Source: Bacilli bacterium (lineage in GTDB: Bacteria > Bacillota_I > Bacilli_A > RFN20 > CAG-826). Taken from it: a stretch of 42,515 nt of DNA. This document shows, piece after piece, positions 1-8,619 of the stretch. The notes below the pieces were generated by a model. It did no database searches, was not told the origin of the DNA, and saw nothing but the letters and a program-made list of their open reading frames with translations. The stretch is from contig JAKSVA010000003.1 in NCBI GenBank assembly GCA_024408435.1, positions 1-42,515 of the forward strand, given 5' to 3'. The first letter of the stretch is position 1, and each line of letters begins with the position of its first letter. A program made the position numbers and the translations under genes.

Positions 1-2880
1 ATAGTTAATATCTTTGAGATTATCTTTAGTTAAGATTTCGTTAAGAATCTTTTCAAAGACTTGTGTAAAACGATTGATAGTATTGTATGAATATTTATGA
101 TTACAAGTAATTTCTAATAAATATGAATTCTCTTTTTCAGTTAGTGAAGTTGTCCAATTTGAAATAAGATCTTTCCTCTGCTCTTTTTCAAAAACAACAA
201 AATTACCATCAGGATTTAAATTAGGAACAAACTGAAAAGATATGTTTGCTTGGGTGCTATATTTATTTTTTAAAGCTCTAAACGGATAGAAACCATATTT
301 AATTGTGTTAATAATTTTTTCTTTACTTTTATTAATAAAATTAGAGATTAGATCATTTTGACAATCAATAATAATAGGTAAAGTATTAACAAACATACCA
401 ATTGCATTGTTCGCCGACAAACGATCACGGCCGTTCTCTATTAAAGCAAAATAAGAATTAGAAGTATTCGTGAAACGCGACAAAGCATACGCAAAAACAC
501 TCGTGAAGAAAATACTTTTTGTCAAACTGTATTTCTTTAAGAAGCTATTCAATGCTTTTTCGTCAATTTTAATGTTAGAAGAAATATAGTTGCTGGTTGA
601 AACATTGACATCAGGAATTAATTCAATAAAGGAATCTACCCCCGCAAATTCATAATCATAAAAAGACGCTGCTTCTTTAAACATCGAAGTCTTGGCCAAT
701 GCATCTTGATATCCTCTAGCACTTAAATAAACATCGTCATAGGCAACTACTTCATGACGAAGGATTCGTTTTAAATCATCAATAAAAACTAGAGCTGATA
801 ATCCATCAAAAATTATGTGATGAACAACTACATAAAGAATTACACCTTTTGATTTCTTTTCTATTAAGTAGCGGGCTAAAGATTTATTTAAATTAAAGGG
901 TGAAGTTAAGAAAAAGTTCAATGAATCCTTGTTTACTTTATCAACAATCTGAATATCAATGTTATCATCACGATATTTGAGTAAAGGACCTTTTTGATCG
1001 TTTACTAGATAAGTTTTAAGAATCGGATGAACTTCGGTTAACCGCTTTAAAGCATCGCTTACTTCTAAAGTTGAATAATTTAAATCGATTTTAAACGGAA
1101 TTAAATAAGCATCTTCTTTTTTATTAATTAAAACATCAAGATAGACATTCAGTTGCGGCTCACTTAAGTAAGTGCCAATTTCCTTATTGGCAATTGCATA
1201 ATCAAATTTGTTATCTTGACTAGCTTTATCACTTAATAGTTTTACAGTTTTTAAAGAAATGACATCAACAATAGTCAAATGGTAATCTTTAAGGAGCGCT
1301 AATAATTTAATCGCCGCCATTGAATCGCCACCTAGAGCTATAAAATCATCGTTGAGACCAATTTCTTTCAAATTAAATACTGTTTGGAAAGCTTCACAAA
1401 TCCTTTTTTCAATTGGTGTAGTAGGTGCCACATAGTTTTCATTTCTAACAATATTCGGTTTGGGAAGCATTGAACGACTTATTTTTCCATTTAACCCAAT
1501 AGGAAGCTTTTCCATTATAATAAACGTTCGAGGAATCATATAAGAAGGCAAAAACTTAGCTAATGCCTTTTTAAGTTCATCGATATCAAAAGGCTCTTTT
1601 TGACTAACATAAGCACATAATAAATTAGTACCATTAATGCTTTCAAAAAACTTAACCGCTACTTGTTTTACTTTTGGGAATTTAGCAATCGCATGTTCTA
1701 TTTCTTCTACTTCAACACGTTGTCCATTAATATTAACCATCCAGTCTTTTCTTCCAGTTATGAAGATATTGCCGTTTTTGTCTCTATAACCGACATCACC
1801 AGTTTTAAACATGCGTTTATTACCATCTTTTGCATAAAATGGATTATCAATAAAATGTTTTTTGGTTTCACTCTCTTGATTAAGATAACCTAATGCGACA
1901 TCGCCTGATATACATAATTCACCCCTATCGGTTTCATGATTATTTTCATCAAGCAAATAATTACGTAAACCATAAAACGGCTCCCCAATTGGTGTATTTT
2001 CATATGGTTTATCAATTTCAAAGGCGCTTGAAGCACCACCGACTTCACTCGCACCAAAACCATTGTGAGCTTTAATCCCCGGAATATAACAATTACGAGT
2101 AATTTCGCCGCCAATAAACAAACGCTCTACCTTTGTTTTAGCAAGTGCAAATAGTTTAGCTAAATTAGCGCTTAAGGCGGCTTTGGTAATTCCATTAATA
2201 ATAAAATATTCTAGGAATGCTTTAGGATTAAATATAATTTTAAGAGGTATCAGATAAAGGCGAATGTCCTTAGCAGGAGCGGTTAGAACCATGAATGAGC
2301 CTTGGACACCTAAAATAAAATTTAAAGGCGCAACGGTTGCGTAGCGATCATTGTCGTGCAACTCAGAAAACTTTTTTTGCGCTCTTGTAATCGCACTATT
2401 AAAACTAGAAACAGTATGGACAACTCCTTTGGGAGTACCAGTTGACCCCGACGTGTATATAATCATTTCAATGTCATCTTGGCTAACATCTACTGGTTCA
2501 ATTTGAATAGTGCTTAAATTGCCTTTAGCGAATTCTTTGTTAGCCAAAGATAAAAAACTATCTGTGATGTTAATGGTAGCCTTACAATCTTGACGGATGT
2601 ATTTAACTCTTAACTCTGGCAAAGAATTACCTACCGTAACATAAACTAAACCAAGCATTTGGCAAGCAACAATGGAAGCAATGAATTCTTTAGAACTAGG
2701 TAATTCGATTGTAATAACATCACCTTTTTTGGCACCGCTATTATTTAATGAAGAAGCAATTAGCGAAGCGTAAGAAAAAAGTTGAGCCCAGGTAAAACTA
2801 CCAGTCGCATCAACTATAGCAATACTATTAGGTTGCTCTTTATAATGTTTTTGTAGCAAATAAAGCGTTTTATTAATCAT
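1..2880 (-). CDS. Non-ribosomal peptide synthetase, A-T-C domains, 3' end outside the window (>=960 aa)
   Basis: Hand translation from ATG at 2880 is open to base 1. A-domain motifs: YTSGSTGTPKG (2425-2457), GELCISG, FKTGD, GRKD..VNINGQRVE, LNGK. PCP motif DDFIALGGDS (Ser codon 1321-1323). C-domain HHIIFDG (802-822) and IGMFVNTLP. Confidence 0.95.
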   Translation of the reverse strand, partial: MINKTLYLLQKHYKEQPNSIAIVDATGSFTWAQLFSYASLIASSLNNSGAKKGDVITIELPSSKEFIASIVACQMLGLVYVTVGNSLPELRVKYIRQDCKATINITDSFLSLANKEFAKGNLSTIQIEPVDVSQDDIEMIIYTSGSTGTPKGVVHTVSSFNSAITRAQKKFSELHDNDRYATVAPLNFILGVQGSFMVLTAPAKDIRLYLIPLKIIFNPKAFLEYFIINGITKAALSANLAKLFALAKTKVERLFIGGEITRNCYIPGIKAHNGFGASEVGGASSAFEIDKPYENTPIGEPFYGLRNYLLDENNHETDRGELCISGDVALGYLNQESETKKHFIDNPFYAKDGNKRMFKTGDVGYRDKNGNIFITGRKDWMVNINGQRVEVEEIEHAIAKFPKVKQVAVKFFESINGTNLLCAYVSQKEPFDIDELKKALAKFLPSYMIPRTFIIMEKLPIGLNGKISRSMLPKPNIVRNENYVAPTTPIEKRICEAFQTVFNLKEIGLNDDFIALGGDSMAAIKLLALLKDYHLTIVDVISLKTVKLLSDKASQDNKFDYAIANKEIGTYLSEPQLNVYLDVLINKKEDAYLIPFKIDLNYSTLEVSDALKRLTEVHPILKTYLVNDQKGPLLKYRDDNIDIQIVDKVNKDSLNFFLTSPFNLNKSLARYLIEKKSKGVILYVVVHHIIFDGLSALVFIDDLKRILRHEVVAYDDVYLSARGYQDALAKTSMFKEAASFYDYEFAGVDSFIELIPDVNVSTSNYISSNIKIDEKALNSFLKKYSLTKSIFFTSVFAYALSRFTNTSNSYFALIENGRDRLSANNAIGMFVNTLPIIIDCQNDLISNFINKSKEKIINTIKYGFYPFRALKNKYSTQANISFQFVPNLNPDGNFVVFEKEQRKDLISNWTTSLTEKENSYLLEITCNHKYSYNTINRFTQVFEKILNEILTKDNLKDINY

Positions 2881-2890
2881 AATAAAATTA

Positions 2891-2914
2891 GATATATTTT
2901 AACTAAAATATATC
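2891..2914. promoter_or_regulatory. Perfect 11-bp inverted repeat just upstream of the NRPS start (candidate operator)
   Basis: GATATATTTTA-AC-TAAAATATATC, 10 nt from the ATG, overlapping a TAAAAT -10 candidate on the minus strand. Confidence 0.4.
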
Positions 2915-2953
2915 ATTTTATCAACACTGCGATAAGATTAGAAATAACAACAA

Positions 2954-2979
2954 AAAAAGAGCCTTTGTAGGCTCTTTTT
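2954..2979 (-). terminator. Intrinsic terminator downstream of hup
   Basis: AAAAAGAGCCT-TTGT-AGGCTCTTTTT hairpin with U-tract. Confidence 0.85.
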
Positions 2980-2993
2980 CCATTAAGCTTTAC

Positions 2994-3272
2994 TTACTTA
3001 GCTAATGCTTTCTTTAAGGCTTTTGCAGGCTTAAAGACAATTGTCTTAGAAGCAGGAATGCTGATTGGTTTCTTAGTAAGAGGATTAATACCCTTACGAG
3101 CCTTTCTTTTCTTGACAACCAATTTGCCAACATCTGGAATGCTGATTTCTTCACCTTTTTTAACTAAGGTTACCCAACCTACATTTAAAAGGATGGTGAG
3201 AGCATTTTCAGCAGCAGCCTTTGTGCATTTTGCTTGTTTAGCACATGCCTCAATTAATTGAGTTTTGTTCAT
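2994..3272 (-). CDS. hup: HU family DNA-binding protein (92 aa; true start MNKTQ at 3272)
   Basis: MNKTQLI...RKARKGINPLTKKPISIPASKTIVFKPAKALK; SD AAGGAG precedes ATG 3272. Confidence 0.93.
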   Translation of the reverse strand: MNKTQLIEACAKQAKCTKAAAENALTILLNVGWVTLVKKGEEISIPDVGKLVVKKRKARKGINPLTKKPISIPASKTIVFKPAKALKKALAK

Positions 3273-3397
3273 TAGACTTCTCCTTTGCTTAATTAAGCTA
3301 CCTATTAATGTACCATAAATGCGTGATTTTGCAAGTATTTTCGGGCTTTTATGAAAAAACAAATCCTAAGTAATATTTACTTAAAACTAAATTTTTA

Positions 3398-4702
3398 TTA
3401 CATTTTACGCCTTAGCGTCATTTTTAAAGGTACATTTTGATAAGAAAACGTCTCTCTTAAGCGGTTTTCTAAATATCTTAGATAGGAAAAATGGGCGTAT
3501 TTTGCATTATTTACAAACAAAACAAAAGTTGGTGGTGCGACACTAATCTGTTCAGCATAATAGACTTTTAGTCTACCTCCATTAAAATTTGGAGATTCAT
3601 TCATTTGAACCGCATCGAGAATGACATCGTTTAAGACAGAAGTCTTAACTCTTTTGTTAAAGCTTTCATGTGTTTGTTTAATTTCGTTGAAGACTTTTTC
3701 GATGTTGCTCTTTTTAAGAGCACTAATAAATAAAACATTACTGTAATCAAGGAACTTAAATTCTTTTTTAACTTCCTTGATGAAGCTATTTGCTTCATAT
3801 TCTCTTTTTTTGATATCCCATTTATTAACTAAGAAGATAATCGCTTTGTTAGCGTCATGTGCATAGCCTACAACATGTTTATCTTGCTCGGTAATACCAA
3901 CACTTGCATCAATTAAGAAAAGCGCAATATCAGCACGATCAATTGCTTTTAAAGTTCTAAGGGCAGAATATTTATCAATTGATTCAAAGATTTTGCCTCT
4001 TTTCTTTAATCCGGCTGTATCGATAACCACATAGTCTTGTTTATCGTGTGTAAATTTTGTGTCAGTTGCATCGCGTGTTGTACCACTAATATTTGAAACA
4101 ATAACTCGATTCTCACCTACAAGTGCATTCACTAAGGTTGATTTACCAACATTTGGACGACCGATAATGGAAAATTTAATCGCATCTTTATAATCTTTAT
4201 ATTTTTTGTTTGGCAACGCTTTAACAACTTTATCTAGTAAATCACCAACACCAATTCCGTGTTCGCTTGAGATGGGAAGTGGATCACCTAAACCGAGAGC
4301 ATAAAACTCACTCGCCTCATCAATCTTTTCAATGCTATCAACTTTATTCACAACTAAAATAATTGGTTTCTTACACTTATAAAGCATCCTTGCCACTAAT
4401 TTGTCATCGCCCGTTAAACCTAATTTTGCATCAGTCACGAAAATAATTAAATCAGCTTCTTTAATGGCAATTTCTGCCTGCGCTCTAATCTCTTCTTGAA
4501 AGGGACGATTTTTTAATTCAATCCCACCGGTATCAATAACATAGAAATCTCTTGTTAACCATGTCGCTTTACGGTAAAGACGGTCACGAGTAATTCCTGG
4601 TGTATTATCAACAATTGCTGAACGCGCTCCAACAATACGATTAAAAAGAGTCGACTTACCGACATTGGGGGAGCCAATGATTGCGACAACGCCTAGAGCC
4701 AT
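3398..4702 (-). CDS. der: Ribosome biogenesis GTPase Der (EngA)
   Basis: Two G-domains (GSPNVGKS/DTGG/NKVD and GRPNVGKS/DTAG/NKWD) plus KH-like C-terminus; follows cmk. Confidence 0.98.
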   Translation of the reverse strand: MALGVVAIIGSPNVGKSTLFNRIVGARSAIVDNTPGITRDRLYRKATWLTRDFYVIDTGGIELKNRPFQEEIRAQAEIAIKEADLIIFVTDAKLGLTGDDKLVARMLYKCKKPIILVVNKVDSIEKIDEASEFYALGLGDPLPISSEHGIGVGDLLDKVVKALPNKKYKDYKDAIKFSIIGRPNVGKSTLVNALVGENRVIVSNISGTTRDATDTKFTHDKQDYVVIDTAGLKKRGKIFESIDKYSALRTLKAIDRADIALFLIDASVGITEQDKHVVGYAHDANKAIIFLVNKWDIKKREYEANSFIKEVKKEFKFLDYSNVLFISALKKSNIEKVFNEIKQTHESFNKRVKTSVLNDVILDAVQMNESPNFNGGRLKVYYAEQISVAPPTFVLFVNNAKYAHFSYLRYLENRLRETFSYQNVPLKMTLRRKM

Positions 4703-4703
4703 A

Positions 4704-5375
4704 TTACACTCCTAGTTTCTTTTGAATAATATTCATCATCGCATCAACTACTTGCGGAATAGTTAAAGGCGAAGTATCAAGTTCAACAGCATCATCCGCT
4801 TTCTTTAGTGGCGCAAAATCACGATGCGAATCGATATAATCTCTTTTCTTAACATCTTCACGGATGTCTTCAATTGTGCAAGGAATATTTTTCTCCATGT
4901 TTTCCTTATAACGTCTTTGCGCACGACATTCAACACTTGCAATCATAAAAATCTTTACTTCGGCATCAGGAATAACGTAGGTACCAATATCACGACCATC
5001 CATAACAACTGAATGCGTTTTCGCAAATTCTTTTTGTAAACCAGAAAGCACTAAACGAATTCCCTTCATCGCAGCAATATAAGAAACATTCGCATTTACA
5101 TCAGGTGTTCTAATTGCGCGTGTAACATCGGTTCCATTACATAAAACAGTGTTGTCTGGTTTTAAATCAATCTTGATATCATTCACTACTGCTTCGCACG
5201 CTTTTTGATCTTGACAATTAATGCCCTTATTCATGCAATACCAAGTGACACAACGATACATCGCTCCCGTATCCATATAGGTATAGCCTAACTTCTTAGC
5301 AATAATTTTAGCAATCGTAGATTTACCCGCTGCGGCTGGGCCATCAATCGCAATACGCACTAATTTATTATTCAT
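4704..5375 (-). CDS. cmk: Cytidylate kinase
   Basis: IAIDGPAAAGKST, DTGAMYR, VMDGRDIGT; cmk-der synteny. Confidence 0.98.
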   Translation of the reverse strand: MNNKLVRIAIDGPAAAGKSTIAKIIAKKLGYTYMDTGAMYRCVTWYCMNKGINCQDQKACEAVVNDIKIDLKPDNTVLCNGTDVTRAIRTPDVNANVSYIAAMKGIRLVLSGLQKEFAKTHSVVMDGRDIGTYVIPDAEVKIFMIASVECRAQRRYKENMEKNIPCTIEDIREDVKKRDYIDSHRDFAPLKKADDAVELDTSPLTIPQVVDAMMNIIQKKLGV

Positions 5376-5391
5376 GATTTAATCCTTGCTA

Positions 5392-8250
5392 CTATGCTTT
5401 TTTAACTAGAACGTGTAGTTCAGCATTATCATAATTATTTACATAGTTATTAATTTCACTTATAGTACATCCAGAAAATTTCTTCTTCAAGGCGGTTTCT
5501 AAAGCATTGTAATGGCTATACGATGAGTAAGGAAGATCGATGGTAAAATTATCATCACCTAAAGAGGAAGGTAATGCGCTAACCAGTGTTTCAGCAGCAT
5601 TATCACTTTGTATATTGAAACTGTAATTTTTCTCATCAAACACAAAAGTAACCTTATCATAAATATTAGTGGTGTAATTGCTATTAGATTTATCTAAATC
5701 ACTAAACAATCCTTCTGCATAACGATATTGCTCTGATCCGGATGCTGCCATTCTTTTAGCAGTGGCATCGTCAAATTTACCAGTGGCTAGTAAAAAATTG
5801 TAAGCATAGTTATAAGAGTCATCATAAAAATAAGTTTTAGAACGCATAAATGGTTGATAGGAATTGCATGAAAAGTTAAAACCAAACAAGGCATCGTCTT
5901 CTTTAGTCTTATCAAAATGCGACCAAGTTGGACAAATTGAATACCACTTACCACCACTACGGTAATAATTCCAAGCATGATAATAGGACCCTACTCCGCT
6001 AACGTTCGCTGTTCCAGTAGCACGAACGATTGGCAATCCTTCAATTCCGCCCATCATTGCAAAAGCTTTAGAGATACCATCATCAGTAGCGGCGCCCTTA
6101 TTTAAGAACACACCATCGGTATAATAACTGGAATATTTATTTTTATCATCTGATGGTCCATCAGCACTATCAATCCAGTAGTCACGGTGGGTATTATCAA
6201 CTAACCAATCATATAAATACCTAACATTGTTAAATTCAGTATCCTCACTATCATAGGTAGTTTCGCAGGCTTTACGAGCCAAACCATAGATAGTTTCAGC
6301 GTTCTTGGCAAGTGCATCCGTACCGACAAATATTGGTTTAAATCCATGTTCAAGTGCAAAGAACAAACCTTCGGAATTATGAACCTCTAAAGTCTTTTCG
6401 ACATTGTCAATTGGTAAACTTGTAGCATTAGTGTGATTTGCCTTATGCATTTCAAAAGCAGCATTCTTTAAATTTTCGTAATAATATTTTGGTTTAGTTG
6501 TTATATCTACTTTATTTATTCCCATATCGTTGCGATAAACTGGATTGAAAGATATTGTTTGGTTTTCGCCTGTGTGCCAATTTTTAGCGCCCAACGAAGA
6601 TATGCACCCACGCGTTTCCACTGAGTTTTTGTAAAATTCATCCTCAGTTTGTTTATTAGAGTAGGCAAAAGTAAGATCAAAGGAACTTAACTTTCTTGTA
6701 AGTGCAAAATCAACAGCCTCACTTGCTTGCTGTAGAGTAACTGGATGATAAACGCTTAACTCACAAGTCTCGGTATCAGCTCCGTTTTTCACAGTAATTG
6801 TTATTGAACTAGCGACATTATTAGTAATAGAATCAATTATAATGCGTTTGCTAGTTTTATCGATTGTTAAATTAACCACTTTATCATGATCACTAGTAAC
6901 AGTTATATCGGTGGGAGAAGAGTAAGAAATCGCAGTTGATCCATAAACAACCATACTATCATCAAGCAACCCAATCTCTAATGTATCGTAATGAGCATAT
7001 ACTGTTGTTACATCATCTTTAAGAATATAAGTGTTGCTGATAGGATTTTTTCCCACATCATCAAAAGCGAAACTGATTTGCTCTTTGCCATCTTTATAAA
7101 AAACTGGTTTATTTTTTATATTTCCGAACATAGAGCCATAGTCGATATTAGAAATATAAACTTCTTCTTGCCCTCCACTTTTTCCGCCATTACCTATAAA
7201 TTTAACAGTAACCTTTTTCTTTGTGGTGTTAATTGTAATATCAATATCATCATTTACTTTTGGAGTTACGTGTATAATTTGTTTTTCTTTATCAACTTCT
7301 ACGGTAGCTTTGTTTTTATCGTACTCAATGCCGCTATATTCATAGCCTTCGTGAACAGTATAAGAAATATCAATTGTGTTAAATTTATCATTTGCAAATT
7401 CTGCTGTCGCACCATCTATATTTGTGCCCTCCACAGTGATAGTGTTATCTTGAGCAACTGGAATATCTTTTTCATAACAAGCGTACACTCGAGTTGGGCC
7501 GATGATTTCATAATCAGGGGAAACAGGTTGCGTTCCATCTTTAGTAAAAGAGAAACAAACAAATTTCTCATCTCCACGTTTAGGCTCTGGTGTAGTAATT
7601 TCGCCAAATGTGGTGCCTCGTTCAACTTTAACAGTTGCATATGGTTCGCCATCAACTGTCCCACCATTACCATCAAACACAACTATTGGTTGAGTAATAT
7701 CGTCACTAATTAATATTGTAATCATATCGTTAGTTTTAGGTGTGACTGTGAGAGTCATTTTATCCTCACTTAATGTGACATCCGCTTGTGAGGGGTCATA
7801 AATAGGAACAGTTTTGCTAGTTGGTTGACCTTCCTTATAAAATAATTCAAAGGTCATTGGAGAAAAATCATCTTTTGCAAAGGAACGGGTGGTTGGAATA
7901 ATACTATCACCGAAAATAACTACTTGATTAGAAAGATATGGTGTATCGGTATAATAAGCAAACACTGTTAAATCAGCACACACTGGGAAAGTATTTGGGA
8001 CTGTATAGGCAATATTATCTTGGACTAAAGTGTAAAATAGCGAAACTGAATTATTTCTTGAAAAAAATGGTTTGGTTATATCGCCCCATTGTGTACCCGA
8101 TTTAACAGAAGTTGTTGTCTCACCCGTTACAAGCGACCCACCAACTCCATCAAAAGTAATCACAGGATCAGCATGCTTAACAGAACCGCCACACGAAGTT
8201 AAAAGGCAAGCAAGCATCGATAAGAAAACAAACAATCTATTTTTTCTCAT
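5392..8250 (-). CDS. Large lipoprotein with three InlB-B/Listeria-Bacteroides-like repeats and a C-terminal transglutaminase-like domain
   Basis: Lipobox LTSC; repeats FDGxGG...GxxFG.I..P...VYAxY; region LYDWLVDN...GVF...DGISKAF...HAWNY...GKWYSICPTW. Confidence 0.8.
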   Translation of the reverse strand: MRKNRLFVFLSMLACLLTSCGGSVKHADPVITFDGVGGSLVTGETTTSVKSGTQWGDITKPFFSRNNSVSLFYTLVQDNIAYTVPNTFPVCADLTVFAYYTDTPYLSNQVVIFGDSIIPTTRSFAKDDFSPMTFELFYKEGQPTSKTVPIYDPSQADVTLSEDKMTLTVTPKTNDMITILISDDITQPIVVFDGNGGTVDGEPYATVKVERGTTFGEITTPEPKRGDEKFVCFSFTKDGTQPVSPDYEIIGPTRVYACYEKDIPVAQDNTITVEGTNIDGATAEFANDKFNTIDISYTVHEGYEYSGIEYDKNKATVEVDKEKQIIHVTPKVNDDIDITINTTKKKVTVKFIGNGGKSGGQEEVYISNIDYGSMFGNIKNKPVFYKDGKEQISFAFDDVGKNPISNTYILKDDVTTVYAHYDTLEIGLLDDSMVVYGSTAISYSSPTDITVTSDHDKVVNLTIDKTSKRIIIDSITNNVASSITITVKNGADTETCELSVYHPVTLQQASEAVDFALTRKLSSFDLTFAYSNKQTEDEFYKNSVETRGCISSLGAKNWHTGENQTISFNPVYRNDMGINKVDITTKPKYYYENLKNAAFEMHKANHTNATSLPIDNVEKTLEVHNSEGLFFALEHGFKPIFVGTDALAKNAETIYGLARKACETTYDSEDTEFNNVRYLYDWLVDNTHRDYWIDSADGPSDDKNKYSSYYTDGVFLNKGAATDDGISKAFAMMGGIEGLPIVRATGTANVSGVGSYYHAWNYYRSGGKWYSICPTWSHFDKTKEDDALFGFNFSCNSYQPFMRSKTYFYDDSYNYAYNFLLATGKFDDATAKRMAASGSEQYRYAEGLFSDLDKSNSNYTTNIYDKVTFVFDEKNYSFNIQSDNAAETLVSALPSSLGDDNFTIDLPYSSYSHYNALETALKKKFSGCTISEINNYVNNYDNAELHVLVKKA

Positions 8251-8371
8251 AAAGTTAAAATAACATTAAAACGCTTCATTTTCAAATACTTATCATTTTT
8301 TTGAGTTATACTCAATTTGCCTTTTAACCTTAAAATGATATAATTTAACTTGCTATTGGAGGTAACAAACT

Positions 8372-8545
8372 ATGGCAATTAAATTAAAAGTTAATAAGGA
8401 TACTTGCATCGGTTGTGGTGCGTGTGTCGGCGCCTTCCCAGACGCTTTTACCTTTGATGCGAATGGCAAAGCCGAATGCATTAAGGAAGTTGAGAAACCC
8501 GAAGAGGCTAAATCCAACTGTCCTGTCGGAGCCATCGAAGGCTAA
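8372..8545 (+). CDS. Single-cluster Fe-S ferredoxin (57 aa, not in ORF track)
   Basis: MAIKLKVNKDTCIGCGACVGAFPDAF...NCPVGAIEG; CxxCxxC...CP motif; SD GGAGG upstream. Confidence 0.95.
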   Translation: MAIKLKVNKDTCIGCGACVGAFPDAFTFDANGKAECIKEVEKPEEAKSNCPVGAIEG

Positions 8546-8561
8546 TTAGTTATTAACCAAA

Positions 8562-8587
8562 AAAAGCGCTCAATAGTGAGCGCTTTT
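8562..8587 (+). terminator. Intrinsic terminator after ferredoxin
   Basis: AAAAGCGCTCA-ATAG-TGAGCGCTTTT. Confidence 0.85.
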
Positions 8588-8619
8588 ATTTTATAAACAA
8601 AACCGATATAATCTTGAAT

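Noticed and set aside
1663-2114. ORF-track ORFs 1663..1893, 1890..2114 and 1893..2075
   Set aside because: Shadow frames inside the NRPS coding sequence
3273-3362. 30-aa N-terminal extension of HU
   Set aside because: A strong SD precedes ATG 3272 and HU proteins start MNK; the extension is promoter DNA
6991-7713. 240-aa plus-strand ORF
   Set aside because: Antisense to the lipoprotein, I/F/N-rich with no motifs; typical shadow ORF
8353-8535. 60-aa minus-strand ORF
   Set aside because: Antisense of the true ferredoxin gene
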